From NCBI GenBank assembly GCA_965242695.1, contig CBDESU010000001.1:1824001-1888000 (forward strand): a stretch of DNA of 64,000 bases. Direction: 5' to 3'. The DNA comes from Cenarchaeum sp. (GTDB taxonomy: Archaea > Thermoproteota > Nitrososphaeria > Nitrososphaerales > Nitrosopumilaceae). The position numbers and the translations under genes are program-made. The notes beneath the pieces were generated by a model. It searched no databases and had not been told where the DNA came from. It saw only the letters and a list, made by a program, of their open reading frames with translations. This document shows, piece by piece, positions 19,602-30,086 of this stretch. Within the stretch, counting starts at the first letter, position 1. Every line of letters begins with the position of its first letter.

Positions 19602-20612
19602 ATGGGCGGCGAAGGCGACATACTGCGCATCGAGGGGCTGGCGTGCCGCTTTGCCAAGAGGGGCGTGTTCGGATCGAGGGGCGCCGGCGTAAGGGCGGTC
19701 GACGGCGTCTCGCTCCGCCTCGGGAGGGGCGGCGACACGCTCGTACTGGCAGGCGAGTCCGGATCGGGCAAGTCGACGGTGGCAAAGGCCGTCATGGGCG
19801 CGGTCGCGGCGGACGCGGGCAAGGTCTTCTTTGACGGCGAGCGGGTAGAGTACGGCAGGCCCTCTAGCCTGCGCAGGGTCAGGACTGGCTGCCAGATGAT
19901 CCACCAGGATCCGTACGACTCGGTCAACCCGCGCATGAGGGTAGGCCAGATCGTCGCCGAGCCGCTCGAGATACACGGGTGGGGCGGCGGGTCGGCGGAG
20001 GCCAGGGCCGAGAGGGTCGCAGAGGTACTCGGCGAGGTCAGGCTAGAGCCCGCATCCGACATCGCGGCAAGGCATCCGCACATGCTGTCCGGCGGGCAGA
20101 GGCAGCGGGTCGTCCTTGCAAGGGCCCTTGCCCTGAGGCCGTCCGTGATCATAGCGGACGAGCCGGTGTCGATGCTCGACGTGTCCGTCAGGGCCGAGAT
20201 GCTCGGCCTCATGGGCGAGCTTCAGCGCAGGCGCGGCGTGTCGTTCCTGTACATCACGCACGACCTGGCGACGGCGCGCTACTTTGGCAGGAGAATAGCC
20301 GTCATGTACAGGGGCAGGATAGTCGAGGAGGGGCCCATCGGAGACGTCCTGCTGCGGCCGAGGCATCCGTACACGCAGGCGCTCATGGATGCCATCCCCG
20401 AGCCCGACCCTGCCAACCTCGGCCGCGAGAGGGTCGTGAGGATTGTGGAGGGAGGGGACGGGAAGGCGCAGGCAGCGGCGGCAGGCGAGTGCAGGTTCAG
20501 GCCGCGCTGCCCGTACGCGATCGACGCGTGCGCCGACGAGCCGCCCCTCGCCGGCATCGGGGGCGGCAGGGGGGCGGCCTGCCACGTCGACATATGGGAC
20601 GTGGAAGGATGA
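19602..20612 (+). CDS. Oligopeptide/dipeptide ABC transporter ATP-binding protein
   Basis: GESGSGKST, LSGGQRQR, IADEPVSMLD, HPYTQAL, CRFRPRCP. Confidence 0.95.
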   Translation: MGGEGDILRIEGLACRFAKRGVFGSRGAGVRAVDGVSLRLGRGGDTLVLAGESGSGKSTVAKAVMGAVAADAGKVFFDGERVEYGRPSSLRRVRTGCQMIHQDPYDSVNPRMRVGQIVAEPLEIHGWGGGSAEARAERVAEVLGEVRLEPASDIAARHPHMLSGGQRQRVVLARALALRPSVIIADEPVSMLDVSVRAEMLGLMGELQRRRGVSFLYITHDLATARYFGRRIAVMYRGRIVEEGPIGDVLLRPRHPYTQALMDAIPEPDPANLGRERVVRIVEGGDGKAQAAAAGECRFRPRCPYAIDACADEPPLAGIGGGRGAACHVDIWDVEG

Positions 20613-20960
20613 GGGGCGTTGGGCCGGCAAGGCGGGGCCGCGCGCGCATCGCGTACCGCCGGGCGCCCGCGGCGGCCCGGCGGCGCGATGCCGGCAGCGT
20701 GCGGGGGCGGGCAGTTCCGGCCCGCGGTGCGGGCGCGCTGGCCTTCGCTATGCGCCCCCGCGCCGCAGGCCGCTGGCAGAACGGTCGGCGCGTACGGCGC
20801 CAGAGGCAGTCCGGCAGAACACGCCCGACGCGGCCGGCCGCCGCGCATGCGCGCCGCGGCGCGCCGCCACTCTCTGCCCCTACGCCCCTGTCGAGTGCGC
20901 CCCCGATGCCCGGCGCGGCCGGTTGCAAGCTTTATAGCGGTCCCCCTGCGGGCATCCCCG

Positions 20961-22316
20961 TTGGGCCGCCGCAGAATCGTCAGCATAACGCCGGCGCTGG
21001 CCGGCCAAGACATGGCCGCAATCCTTACCGACTTCTTTTCCGTCGTGCTCCTGCTCGCATTGAACAAAAAGTACGCACGCAGGGCCGTGGCCGTCACCCT
21101 CGTATCCGCCCTTGAGCAGTACTGCAGGATGGTCGTGGCCGAGATGCTGGCGCGCGGAAGGGGGCCGCTGCCGGACTATGTCGAGATGCCGCTTGCCGAC
21201 GCGGGCCGCATCGCATCCCTGCCCAAGGAGGTACTCGCCTCGTTCGCGCACAGCTTTCAGAGCGTGGAGGCGATCAGGAGGATGCCCGCGACTTCGGGCT
21301 GTGGGACGTGGTCAAGAACGATCCGACCCTGCTCGACGACCTTGCCGCGCTGTTCGCCGCCCGCAACGACTTTGTCCACACGTCCGTGCCGGTAAACTTC
21401 GACATGCAGGCTGCGTATGATGCGGTCCTCCGGCTCTTCATCGGGATCGCGCGTCTGGTTCCGGGGCTTGAGGCAGAGATCCGCCTCGTGCAGGGCGACG
21501 TATTCAAGGAGATGCGGATGCACGATCGCTCGCGCGGGGGTACGAAGAGGCCGTCCGGCTCTACGATGCGATCGTGCGCGCCGATCCCCGCAATGCAAAG
21601 GCGCATGCGCAGATGGGGCTGGCGCTTGCGGGCTTGGGCCGCTACGAGGAGGCGGTCGCAAGCTACGACAGGGCCGAGTCCATGGATGCAGGCCGCGCCG
21701 CCGCGCACCTTGGCAGGGGCCAGTCGCTTGCAATGATGGGCCGCTACGAGGAGGCGGTCGCAAGCTACGACAGGGCCATAGTACTCGATGCCGCCCTCGT
21801 CGATGCGTATCTCCTGCGGATGATCGCCCTTGCCGACGCCGGGCGCCGCGAGGAGGCCCTTGCCGCCTGCGAGAGGGTCGCATCCCTCGACGACCCGCCG
21901 CCGCGCGCGCACACATGCTCCGCGGAAAGACGCTTGCAAGGATGGGCCGCCGCGAGGAGGCGCTTGCGGCGTACGACAAGTCCATATCCATGGACGGGTA
22001 CGACGAAGCCGCGCACCTGCATCGGGCAGACCTGCTGGCCGAGGCGGGCCGCCGCGAGGAGGCGCTTGCGGCGTACGACGCGGCGATCGAGCTGGATCCG
22101 CAGTATGCAGAGGCGCATCTGAAGAAGGCCGACCTGCTCTACGACATGGACGAGTACGACGAATCCATATGCTCCTACAACAGGGCGATTCGCCTCGCAC
22201 CTGGCAGCGCCGGCGCGCTTGCCGGCAAGGGCCGCGTCCTTGAGCGCCTTGGCCGCGTCGACGATGCCGCAGAATACTGCGGGGCGGCGCACGGCCTGAA
22301 CCCTGCGCGCTACTAG
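20961..22316 (+). pseudogene. HEPN-domain/TPR-repeat fusion interrupted by three frameshifts
   Basis: TTG 20961 after tttata. VTLVSALEQYCR...SFQSVEAI, shift near 21285, LAALFAARNDFVH (Rx4H), shift near 21538, TPRs, shift near 21910, TPRs to TAG 22316. Confidence 0.7.
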
Positions 22317-22424
22317 TCCCTAGCGGTTCGCACTGCTACCGAGGCCCGCGCGGCTGCAGATGTGCATTCGTCACGCCAAGCGGAAGTGGCAGCACCGCCT
22401 GTTGTGTCCCCGGGGCGCTCCCTG

Positions 22425-22619
22425 CTAGTAGAGTCTCTCGAGCAGCTCCTTTGTCATGCGCTCATCGCTGTGCCTGCGGGACATCGCGAGGTACTCTTCC
22501 TTGGACATGGCGGTCATGCGCTTGTATAGCGCCCACCCCTCGGGCGAGACCTCGCCCTTGAGACTGTCCGGCACGCCGCCGTCCTCTTCAGCCTTGACAG
22601 CCTCATCTCCCCTGTCCAT
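22425..22619 (-). CDS. Small hypothetical protein, possibly antitoxin-like
   Basis: 64-aa charged ORF with tttata about 25 nt upstream. Confidence 0.5.
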   Translation of the reverse strand: MDRGDEAVKAEEDGGVPDSLKGEVSPEGWALYKRMTAMSKEEYLAMSRRHSDERMTKELLERLY

Positions 22620-22928
22620 ACAGGGACGGCACGAGCCGTTCCTATAAAGACAACGGAGGGCGGCAAGTCCGGGCCCGGTACGAGGCTATGCCCGCCCCGC
22701 TACTAATACCGGGCGCCCGCCGCCCCTCTCGCGCCGGCGCACATGCGTGGTGTGGGCCTGCAGGCAGAGCCGCGCCCCCGCCCTCCCTGCCGTCGCGTAT
22801 GCGGATCGATATCCACCAGACTGCGATCTGTCTCCGGCGCACGGGCGCACGGCAGGGGTTTGCGCGCCTGCATCATTTGCCTGGTCGGGCCGCCGCCCGG
22901 GCACCGCCAATATCGGGCGGCGCTCCTA

Positions 22929-23909
22929 CTACGGGGGCGGCGGCTCTGGTGCCGGTTCGGGCTCGGGCGCCGCAGCTGCGGGCGGGCCGGATGCCGCATC
23001 CGCATCTCCGCCGGCCTCGACGTCCAATTCATCATCGTCGCCGCCCAGTTCGATCTCGACCGACGAGGTCAGTACGGCGACGACCAGCAGTATTCCGACT
23101 AGCGCGGCCACTCCGGCCAGGACGGCCCGCCGGCTGCCGCCTCCGCCCTCGGCGCGCATGCCGCCTCCGGGCGGCGCCCGGCGCGAGCCGCGTCCCCCTC
23201 CCGGCGCGGCCGTGGCCGCGGCGCGCCTCTTCTCGATGTCGGGCGGCACCGAAGAGGCCGCATACTCTGCAGAGTCGGCCGAGGCGCGCGCGTTTCCCAC
23301 GTCGAACAAGAGCACGCCGCACCTCATGCAAAAGTTGGCCTTGAGCAGGTTCTTCTTGCCGCACTTCCAGCAGTGTATGACGGCCGGGCCGGCCGAGCCC
23401 CAGTCCATGCCGGCCCCAAAGTCCTCGGCATCGCTGGCGGCCGACTCGGGCGAGCCCGGCGGGGCCGGGGCGGTGGGAGGCGCCGGGTCGGGGGCCGCCG
23501 TCGGGTCTGGGACGGCATCGCTGGCGGCGGCGGCGGCGGCGGGCCCGGCGGGACGTAGATCGGCGCGGGGGGAAGGCGGGGGCGCATCAGGGGCGGGCGG
23601 GGCCTCGGCCGGCCGGCCCGCCGCGCCGCCGGGAGCCGCATCGGCGGCGGCCATCACGTCGCGGTCGTCGTCGACGGGCTCGCCCCGGCGCAGGTCGTCG
23701 ATGTACTTTTCCCTCATCCGCTCCAGGTACCTCCTGTCGCTCTCCCAGATGTTGCGGTTCTCTACGTACGCGAGCTTTATGTGCTCTAGGCGGTACTGGT
23801 CCCCGACGCCCAGGCGGAGCAGCGCGTTGATCTCGTCGATTATGTCGGGCGCGGCCCCTGCCCGGCCGCGCTCTCCGCCCGCCACGCCGGCCCGCCCAGG
23901 CCGGCCCAA
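22929..23909 (-). CDS. Zinc-ribbon membrane protein (thaumarchaeal type)
   Basis: IIDEINALLRLGVGDQYRLEHIK N-domain, CWKC...FCMRC ribbon, transmembrane AVLAGVAALVGILLVVAVL; start uncertain. Confidence 0.75.
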   Translation of the reverse strand: MGRPGRAGVAGGERGRAGAAPDIIDEINALLRLGVGDQYRLEHIKLAYVENRNIWESDRRYLERMREKYIDDLRRGEPVDDDRDVMAAADAAPGGAAGRPAEAPPAPDAPPPSPRADLRPAGPAAAAAASDAVPDPTAAPDPAPPTAPAPPGSPESAASDAEDFGAGMDWGSAGPAVIHCWKCGKKNLLKANFCMRCGVLLFDVGNARASADSAEYAASSVPPDIEKRRAAATAAPGGGRGSRRAPPGGGMRAEGGGGSRRAVLAGVAALVGILLVVAVLTSSVEIELGGDDDELDVEAGGDADAASGPPAAAAPEPEPAPEPPPP

Positions 23910-24161
23910 ATATCAGTTTCGCCGCGCCATGCCGGCCCGAGACCGGGGGCAGCGCGGGCCAAGCGCCGTCCCTGCAGGCTCGATGAGGAGGGGGCGCGGC
24001 GCGGCGCGGCAGGCCCCAAGAGGACGGGGCAATGTGCGAATCCATCCTAGGCAGCACGGCGCATGCGGGAGGCGCGAGGCCGGGCATGCGCCGCCGGACG
24101 GACCCGGGAAGAGGCGGCCGCGCGCGCCATGCCTATAAGCGGACGGCGCGGCGGCGCGCCG

Positions 24162-24878
24162 TTGATCCACATTGCGATCCACTTCACCACTGGCCAGTAC
24201 AGCGCAAGGCCGTGGGGCGTGAAAGAGGGATACGATCGCCACGAATGGCCCCCGTCGCCGTACAGGATTGTGCGGGCTACCGCAGCCGCATGGAAGTACA
24301 ACCTGCCGGACATCGCAGAGGACCGCTTCTACGCGGTCGTCCGGCGCCTGGCATCCGAGCTCCCGGTGTTCGGCCTGCCGAGGGCAGGGCGCATGGCAGG
24401 CGGCGGCGAAGGCGGGAGCGGGCGGCCCGCGCCGTGGCGGATCGACCCCGGCCAGGCCGTCCACATAGTCTGGCCGAGCGCCGCCCTTGCCGGCGGCGAG
24501 CGGCGCACGCTGTCGGACATCCTCGCCCATGTGCACTACCTGGGGCGGACCGAGTCGTGGTGCGAGATGCGGCTTGGCGGCGGCGGCCTCAACGGCGGAG
24601 TGCAGGACCATGGGATTGACAGCGGCGGTTGCGATCAGGCGGCGTCGCCGCCGTGCCGCATCAACTGCCGCCCGTACGATCACGAAAAAAGCCCGGGCCG
24701 CCGCGTCGTGCCCGCGCGCGTGATCGTCCCGAGGCCCGACATAACCATGGAGGACGTGTACAGGAAGGAGTTCCCGTCCGACAAGGAGGCCGCAACGGCG
24801 TGCCCCGACGGCGGAACGGCCGTGCCGTACCTGATCGACCGCGAGGCGGCCGGGCCGCGCCCTGCCGGCGAAGGGTAG
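24162..24878 (+). CDS. csb2: Orphan N-terminal (Cas5-like) half of type I-G/I-U CRISPR protein Csb2
   Basis: IAIHFTTGQYSARPWG...EWPPSPYRIVRA...LPVFGLP...VHIVWP...HYLGRTESWCEMRL matches the Csb2 motifs EWPPSPxR and YLGRxES as I recall them; TTG start with tataag about 25 nt upstream. Confidence 0.8.
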   Translation: MIHIAIHFTTGQYSARPWGVKEGYDRHEWPPSPYRIVRATAAAWKYNLPDIAEDRFYAVVRRLASELPVFGLPRAGRMAGGGEGGSGRPAPWRIDPGQAVHIVWPSAALAGGERRTLSDILAHVHYLGRTESWCEMRLGGGGLNGGVQDHGIDSGGCDQAASPPCRINCRPYDHEKSPGRRVVPARVIVPRPDITMEDVYRKEFPSDKEAATACPDGGTAVPYLIDREAAGPRPAGEG

Positions 24879-24908
24879 CGGCGCCGGCTCCAGCGGCCCG
24901 GGGGCGCG

Positions 24909-27900
24909 TCACTTTGCGGCCGGCGCCGTCGCCGCGGGGGCCGCCGGCACGCCGCGCCGGTTGTACCTGACGACGTGCGAGGCGCCGCCGGCCTTTGGGA
25001 ACACGCCGTACACCTGGTCTGCCTTTGAGATGAGCAGGTCCTTGTGCGAGACCATTATGAACTGGCTCGACTCGGACCTCTTCTTGAGTATGTCCGCGAG
25101 CCGCTGGGCGTTCGGGCCGTCGAGGCTCGCGTCGATCTCGTCGAATATGTAGAACGGCGACGGGCGCAGCTGCTGCAGCGCGAGCGCAAAGACGACGGCG
25201 GCGAGCGTCTTTTCGCCCCCGCTCGTCGACGTCGACTCGCGCTTGGCCTTGCCCGGGAACTGGAGCATGTACAGCACCCCCGAGCTGAATATGTCGTCCT
25301 CGTTCTCGAGCTCGAGCCACGCGTTGCCGCCGTCCATCATTCCCGAGAACGCGATGCGTATCTCCTTGTCGACCTTGTCGAACGCGTCAAGGAACGTCTG
25401 GCGCTTGTCCTTTTCGACGGACTCTATGAACTCTACGATCTTGTTGCGCTCGGCCTCTAGCTCGTTCCTGCGCGTCGACATGCTGCGGTACCCGTCCGAG
25501 ACCCGGGCGTACGACTCGGGCGCCTTTGCGTTCAGGTCGCCGAGCGAGCGCAGCTCGGCCTCTAGGTCGCGCACCGTCTGCAGCGCATCGCCTCCCCGGC
25601 CGCCCCCTCCCAGCTCCGCAGCCTCGGCCTCGGCGGCCGCGGCGGCCTCGCCGAACCCCGCGCGCTCGAGGACTGCTCGCAGGCGCACCTCCTCGGCGTC
25701 GAGGCCCTCCAGGTCGCGCCGCACAGAGTCCGACGAGCGCTCGGCCGTGCTGATCACGCGCGTCAGATCCTTGTCGCGGCCGTTCAGGTCGGACAGGGCC
25801 CCGTCGTAGTCCTTGATCGTAGAGGCCCACGCGCCGCCGCTCTCGATGACCTCCTGCTCGCGCTCGCGCAGCCCGTCAAGGCGCCGCCTCGCCCCGGCCC
25901 GCTCCTCAGCAAGCCCGCCGATCCTCGACTCGTGGCCGGCCCGCTCCGACGAGGCGGCCGCCTCGGCCCCGCGCAGCGCCTCGGCGTTGCGCCTGCCGGC
26001 CGTTGCCTCGGCCTCCAGGTCGGCGGCTCTCTTTGACGCCGCGGCGTACGCGTCGACCGCGTCCGTGCGCGCCTTTTCGGCACCCACGCGCACCGCATCG
26101 GCCGCATCGAGGTCGGACGCTATCGCATCCAGGTCGGCGCCGCCGTCGGCGGCCAGGGCCGCCTCGGACGCCTCGGACTCGAGCGAGGCCGCGGCCGACT
26201 CGTGCCGCTCGGCGTCGGCGATCAGGCCGGCCCGCTCGGCGGCGAGCTCCTCGAGGCGCCCGGCGAGGCGGCCTAGGGTCGAGCCGCGCTGGCCCGTCTG
26301 CCACTCGAGGTCCTCGAGGCCGCGGTCCGCATCGGCTAGCATGTCGCGCGAGACGTCGCGGCGCTCGGCCTGCCGCTCGATGTCGGCGTCGAGCCGGCGC
26401 AGGTCGGCCTTTTTCCTTTCCATGTGACGGCGCAGCAGGCCGATCGAGCGCAGCAGGCCGTCGACGGACGTGCTCATCGATATGATCTTTGTCAGCTTTG
26501 ATATGCGCGAGTTCACGTCGACTACGACGGCGGCCGCGTTGGACTCGAAGAACTCGCCGTCGACGGACACGGCGCGGTAGCCCCTCCTGGACAGGGCGTA
26601 CGCGTCGTCCTTTGTCCTCGCCACGACGATGCTGCCGAACAGGAACGACTTTAGGCGGGCGTGCCCCGGCCCGCACCTGACAAGGTCCGACAGGACGCCG
26701 ACCACGCCGGGCCCCTCCGGTGCGTCCATCGACACGTCTGGGAGCGCGTCGAGCGGTATTATCTTGAGCTTTGGGAGGCGCCGGTCGCGCACGTACTCGG
26801 CCAGCCCGACGAGCGTCGCAAAGTCGCGCACGACCGTCGCCTTGAGCCAGTCCGAGGCGGCCGCCAGGACGGCCCTCTCGTGCTCCCTGTCCCACTCGAT
26901 CAGCTCGTACGCGAGCCCGATCACCCCGAGCTTGCCGGCGTTGTCGCGCAGCCTTGCCGCCGAGTAGTCCTCGTGCATAATGTCCTTGACGAGCTTTATC
27001 TTGGCGTCGAACTTTGATCCGGCGCTAGTCGACTTGTCGAGCAGCAGCGACAGGTCGTCCATGTCCCGGACGGTCCGCTCGCGCCTGCCCTTGAGCCCCG
27101 ATATCCTGCCGTCGACCGTCTCGACCGAGGCGGCGTGGTTTGCGCGCACGGCCTCTAGGCGCCTGCGCAGGCCGAGCAGCTTTGCATGCTGCTCGCGGTA
27201 CGCGCCGTGCCTCTTGGCGTTCTCGCCCTCCTTGGCCTCGACGTCGGCGAGGCGCGCGCGGGCCCTCGAGGCGCCGAGGCGCGCCTCGCCGAGACGCCCG
27301 GCGATCTCGCTTGCCCTCTTGTCGGCCTCGGACTTTGCGCGAAGCGCATCGGACTGCCTTGCGAGCACGGCATCCCGCCTTGTGTTCGCCTCGGAGGCGC
27401 GCCCGTCGGCATCCGTCCTCGCCGACTCGGCGGCGGCAAGGTCGGCCGCCGCCGCGGCCGACTGCTCGGCCGCCGCCGCGGCCGACTGCTCGGCATCGGC
27501 GAGCTCGGAGCGCATGCGCGGCAGGCCCTCGTCGATGCGTTCGACGGCCCTGCGGGCCGCCGACAGGCGCGCATCGGACTCTTCGAACGCCCGCACGGCC
27601 TCGCTAAGCTCGGACTCTACAATGGCCTTTTTCCTGTTGTACTCGTCTACCTGGCCCATAAAGTCGGCCTTTTGCGCCTCGATCTCGCCTATCCGCCCCC
27701 GGACGGTGTCGCGCTCGTCGCGCGCCCTCCCCATGCGGGCCGCAAGGTCGTCGTCCTCGGCCGCCTTGGCGTCGCGCTCCGAGGCGATCTCGGCGAGGCG
27801 CCTCGACGCCGTGATCGCCTGGAGTCGGCGAATCTCCGAGTGGAGCATGTCGTGGCGGAGCTTCAGGTTGCGCTCCTCGTCGAGCTCGTCGATCTGCTTC

Positions 27901-28508
27901 TTTATCTCGTCCATCTTGGCTAGGGCCACCTCGAGCCGGCGGTCCGCATCGTCGAGCTCCTTGAGGGCCTTTTCCTTGCGCTCGTCGAACTCGGACAGGC
28001 CGATCAGGTCCTCTATGGACTTGCGCTTTTCCTCCGGCGTAAAGTCCGAGATGCGCGTTATCGTGTTCTGCTGGACGGCGTTGAGCTGGTGGAGGCGGGC
28101 GCTGGCCACGTCGAGCAGGTCGACGACGCTGCCGCGCGGCGTCCTCTTCTTGTTCAGGTAGTAGGCCGAGTCGCCGTTGGCATCGAGCTCGCGCGATATC
28201 TCGACGAGGTCCGAGTCTACGGGTATGCGCCTGTCCGCGTTGTCGAGGTGCACGCTGACGCGGGCCGGGTGCTTGCCGCGCCCCGACCCCTCCCCGTCGG
28301 GATCGTACAGGAGCTGGCCCATCCGGCCGACCCGCATCGTCCTCGGCTTGTTCTCGCCGGTGGCGAACGTGATCGCGTCGAGTATGTTGCTCTTTCCCGA
28401 CCCGTTGGCCCCCGCCAGCGATATCAGGCCCGGCTGGAAGTCGATGACCGTGTTCTTGTACCCGAACGACTTGAATCCGAATATCTCGACCTTGCGGATG
28501 TAGACCAC
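24909..28508 (-). CDS. smc: Chromosome segregation protein SMC
   Basis: GFKSF, GANGSGKSN, coiled coils, hinge region, SGGEKT, PFYIFDEIDASLD. Confidence 0.97.
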   Translation of the reverse strand: MVYIRKVEIFGFKSFGYKNTVIDFQPGLISLAGANGSGKSNILDAITFATGENKPRTMRVGRMGQLLYDPDGEGSGRGKHPARVSVHLDNADRRIPVDSDLVEISRELDANGDSAYYLNKKRTPRGSVVDLLDVASARLHQLNAVQQNTITRISDFTPEEKRKSIEDLIGLSEFDERKEKALKELDDADRRLEVALAKMDEIKKQIDELDEERNLKLRHDMLHSEIRRLQAITASRRLAEIASERDAKAAEDDDLAARMGRARDERDTVRGRIGEIEAQKADFMGQVDEYNRKKAIVESELSEAVRAFEESDARLSAARRAVERIDEGLPRMRSELADAEQSAAAAAEQSAAAAADLAAAESARTDADGRASEANTRRDAVLARQSDALRAKSEADKRASEIAGRLGEARLGASRARARLADVEAKEGENAKRHGAYREQHAKLLGLRRRLEAVRANHAASVETVDGRISGLKGRRERTVRDMDDLSLLLDKSTSAGSKFDAKIKLVKDIMHEDYSAARLRDNAGKLGVIGLAYELIEWDREHERAVLAAASDWLKATVVRDFATLVGLAEYVRDRRLPKLKIIPLDALPDVSMDAPEGPGVVGVLSDLVRCGPGHARLKSFLFGSIVVARTKDDAYALSRRGYRAVSVDGEFFESNAAAVVVDVNSRISKLTKIISMSTSVDGLLRSIGLLRRHMERKKADLRRLDADIERQAERRDVSRDMLADADRGLEDLEWQTGQRGSTLGRLAGRLEELAAERAGLIADAERHESAAASLESEASEAALAADGGADLDAIASDLDAADAVRVGAEKARTDAVDAYAAASKRAADLEAEATAGRRNAEALRGAEAAASSERAGHESRIGGLAEERAGARRRLDGLREREQEVIESGGAWASTIKDYDGALSDLNGRDKDLTRVISTAERSSDSVRRDLEGLDAEEVRLRAVLERAGFGEAAAAAEAEAAELGGGGRGGDALQTVRDLEAELRSLGDLNAKAPESYARVSDGYRSMSTRRNELEAERNKIVEFIESVEKDKRQTFLDAFDKVDKEIRIAFSGMMDGGNAWLELENEDDIFSSGVLYMLQFPGKAKRESTSTSGGEKTLAAVVFALALQQLRPSPFYIFDEIDASLDGPNAQRLADILKKRSESSQFIMVSHKDLLISKADQVYGVFPKAGGASHVVRYNRRGVPAAPAATAPAAK

Positions 28509-28722
28509 GATCGTGCCGCCCCAGCCTGCGTAATTAACGCTTGCGATCGCCAAAGATGCGGCGGGCGGGGCTGGCGGGGGAGGCGGGCGGCCGCGGCCCG
28601 GGGGAGCCGCGGCCTCGCATGCCCCTCCCGGCGCCGCCGCCGGCCAGAGGCGGGCACGCTCATCGCCGCGATCGCCCCACGGCGGGGCGCCCGGCGGGGC
28701 GCCCGGCGGCGGCCGCGGGCCC

Positions 28723-29781
28723 TCAGCGCCGGCCCACCTCGCATGCGAACAGGCGCTCGGCATGCCCGCCGTACGGGTCTGTCCTGCCGGCGGCAAACTC
28801 CCTGTGCCCCGTCTCGTGCACCCTCACCCGCCCGCGCCTCCCAAGGATCCTTGCGATCTCCGCGTCGCTGATGCGCGAGTTCGAGCGGACGTCCCGCCTG
28901 TCCGACGTGTTGTTGTACGACAGGAATATGTACCGGCAGTCGGCGTGCATGACCAGGTCCTCGAGGGCCGCGGCCGCATCCCGCAGGCAGTAGCGGCTCT
29001 TGAGGTGGCTTCGGTCCATCTTCTGGGCCTTGCCGCGCGTCTCTGGCTTTTTCCAGGCCGCGGCATTCTCGAGAAGGTGGTACGCATCGCAGTACTGGCG
29101 CGAGTTGTAGGGGGGATCCAGGTACAGGACGTCGACGCTCTCCCTGCGGACCAGGTCGTTGGCATCCATGTTGCAGACCAGGTTTCCGGCGTTGGCGCCG
29201 CCCTCCCCGGGGCAGGGCGCCAGCAGTTCGAGGGGCCGGGCCCGGCCCATCCGGCCCCGGTACGCGTCGTAGTGGCCCACGGTGTTTGCCAGTCGGTCCA
29301 TGGCGTAGAGCAGCGAGCATATCAGCGCGCACCTTTCGCCCTCGCCGGATGCGATCGCCTCGATCTCGTCCCGCACGGCGCCGATCTTTCGCGCCGTCTC
29401 CACGGTGAAGAACGTGCCGCCGTACCGCCTTGAAAAGTAGTTGTCGCCGCCGGCCGGCAGGGCGTTGAGGCGCCGTATCGACTCGGAGAGCCTCCCGCGG
29501 CTCGCCCCGCCGTCGGCCAGGAACGTGCGCAGCGCCACGTAGTTGCTGAACAGGAGGTCGTTGGACACGATGCGCGTGTGCCCGTCGTTGAGCGCCTGCG
29601 AGACGGCGCCCGTCCCCGCAAAGGGATCGCACACGGAGCCAAAGCGTCCGCACGTCTCGGCGATCACGCCGCGGATGAACCCCGTGATCCTCGCCTTGCA
29701 CCCCATGTAGCGGCGGCTCTTGAGCTCAAAGCAGCGCGGCGCGGGGGCGTCGCACTCCCAGAGGCCCTCGGCGGGGGTCAT
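28723..29781 (-). CDS. Solitary N6-adenine DNA methyltransferase (D12 class, FokI-like)
   Basis: RRYMGCK, DPFAGTGAVS, YLDPPYNSRQY, FLSYNN; no adjacent endonuclease. Confidence 0.9.
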   Translation of the reverse strand: MTPAEGLWECDAPAPRCFELKSRRYMGCKARITGFIRGVIAETCGRFGSVCDPFAGTGAVSQALNDGHTRIVSNDLLFSNYVALRTFLADGGASRGRLSESIRRLNALPAGGDNYFSRRYGGTFFTVETARKIGAVRDEIEAIASGEGERCALICSLLYAMDRLANTVGHYDAYRGRMGRARPLELLAPCPGEGGANAGNLVCNMDANDLVRRESVDVLYLDPPYNSRQYCDAYHLLENAAAWKKPETRGKAQKMDRSHLKSRYCLRDAAAALEDLVMHADCRYIFLSYNNTSDRRDVRSNSRISDAEIARILGRRGRVRVHETGHREFAAGRTDPYGGHAERLFACEVGRR

Positions 29782-30086
29782 CGGGGCGGCCTCCGCGGGG
29801 CGCCGCGGCCGCGGCGCGCGGCGCACTCCGATGCTCCGCGGGCTCCCGCAAGGGCGCGGCCGCGGCGCGCGGCGCGCGGGCGGGCAGGCGCGGCTGGCAT
29901 CCCCGCGGGCCGCGGCGCGCAGCCCCCCGCCCGCATGCGCGCGCGGGCGGGCAGCCGGCGCGCCGTCCCGAGCAGGGCCATGCCCGGCGCGGAGCGCCCC
30001 GATGTTAAAGCGTATTCGGGGGCCGCCTGCGCGCCGGTTCCGACCGGGATTCCACGAGCCGCGCACGCGAGTCTTGGGACGGCCCG

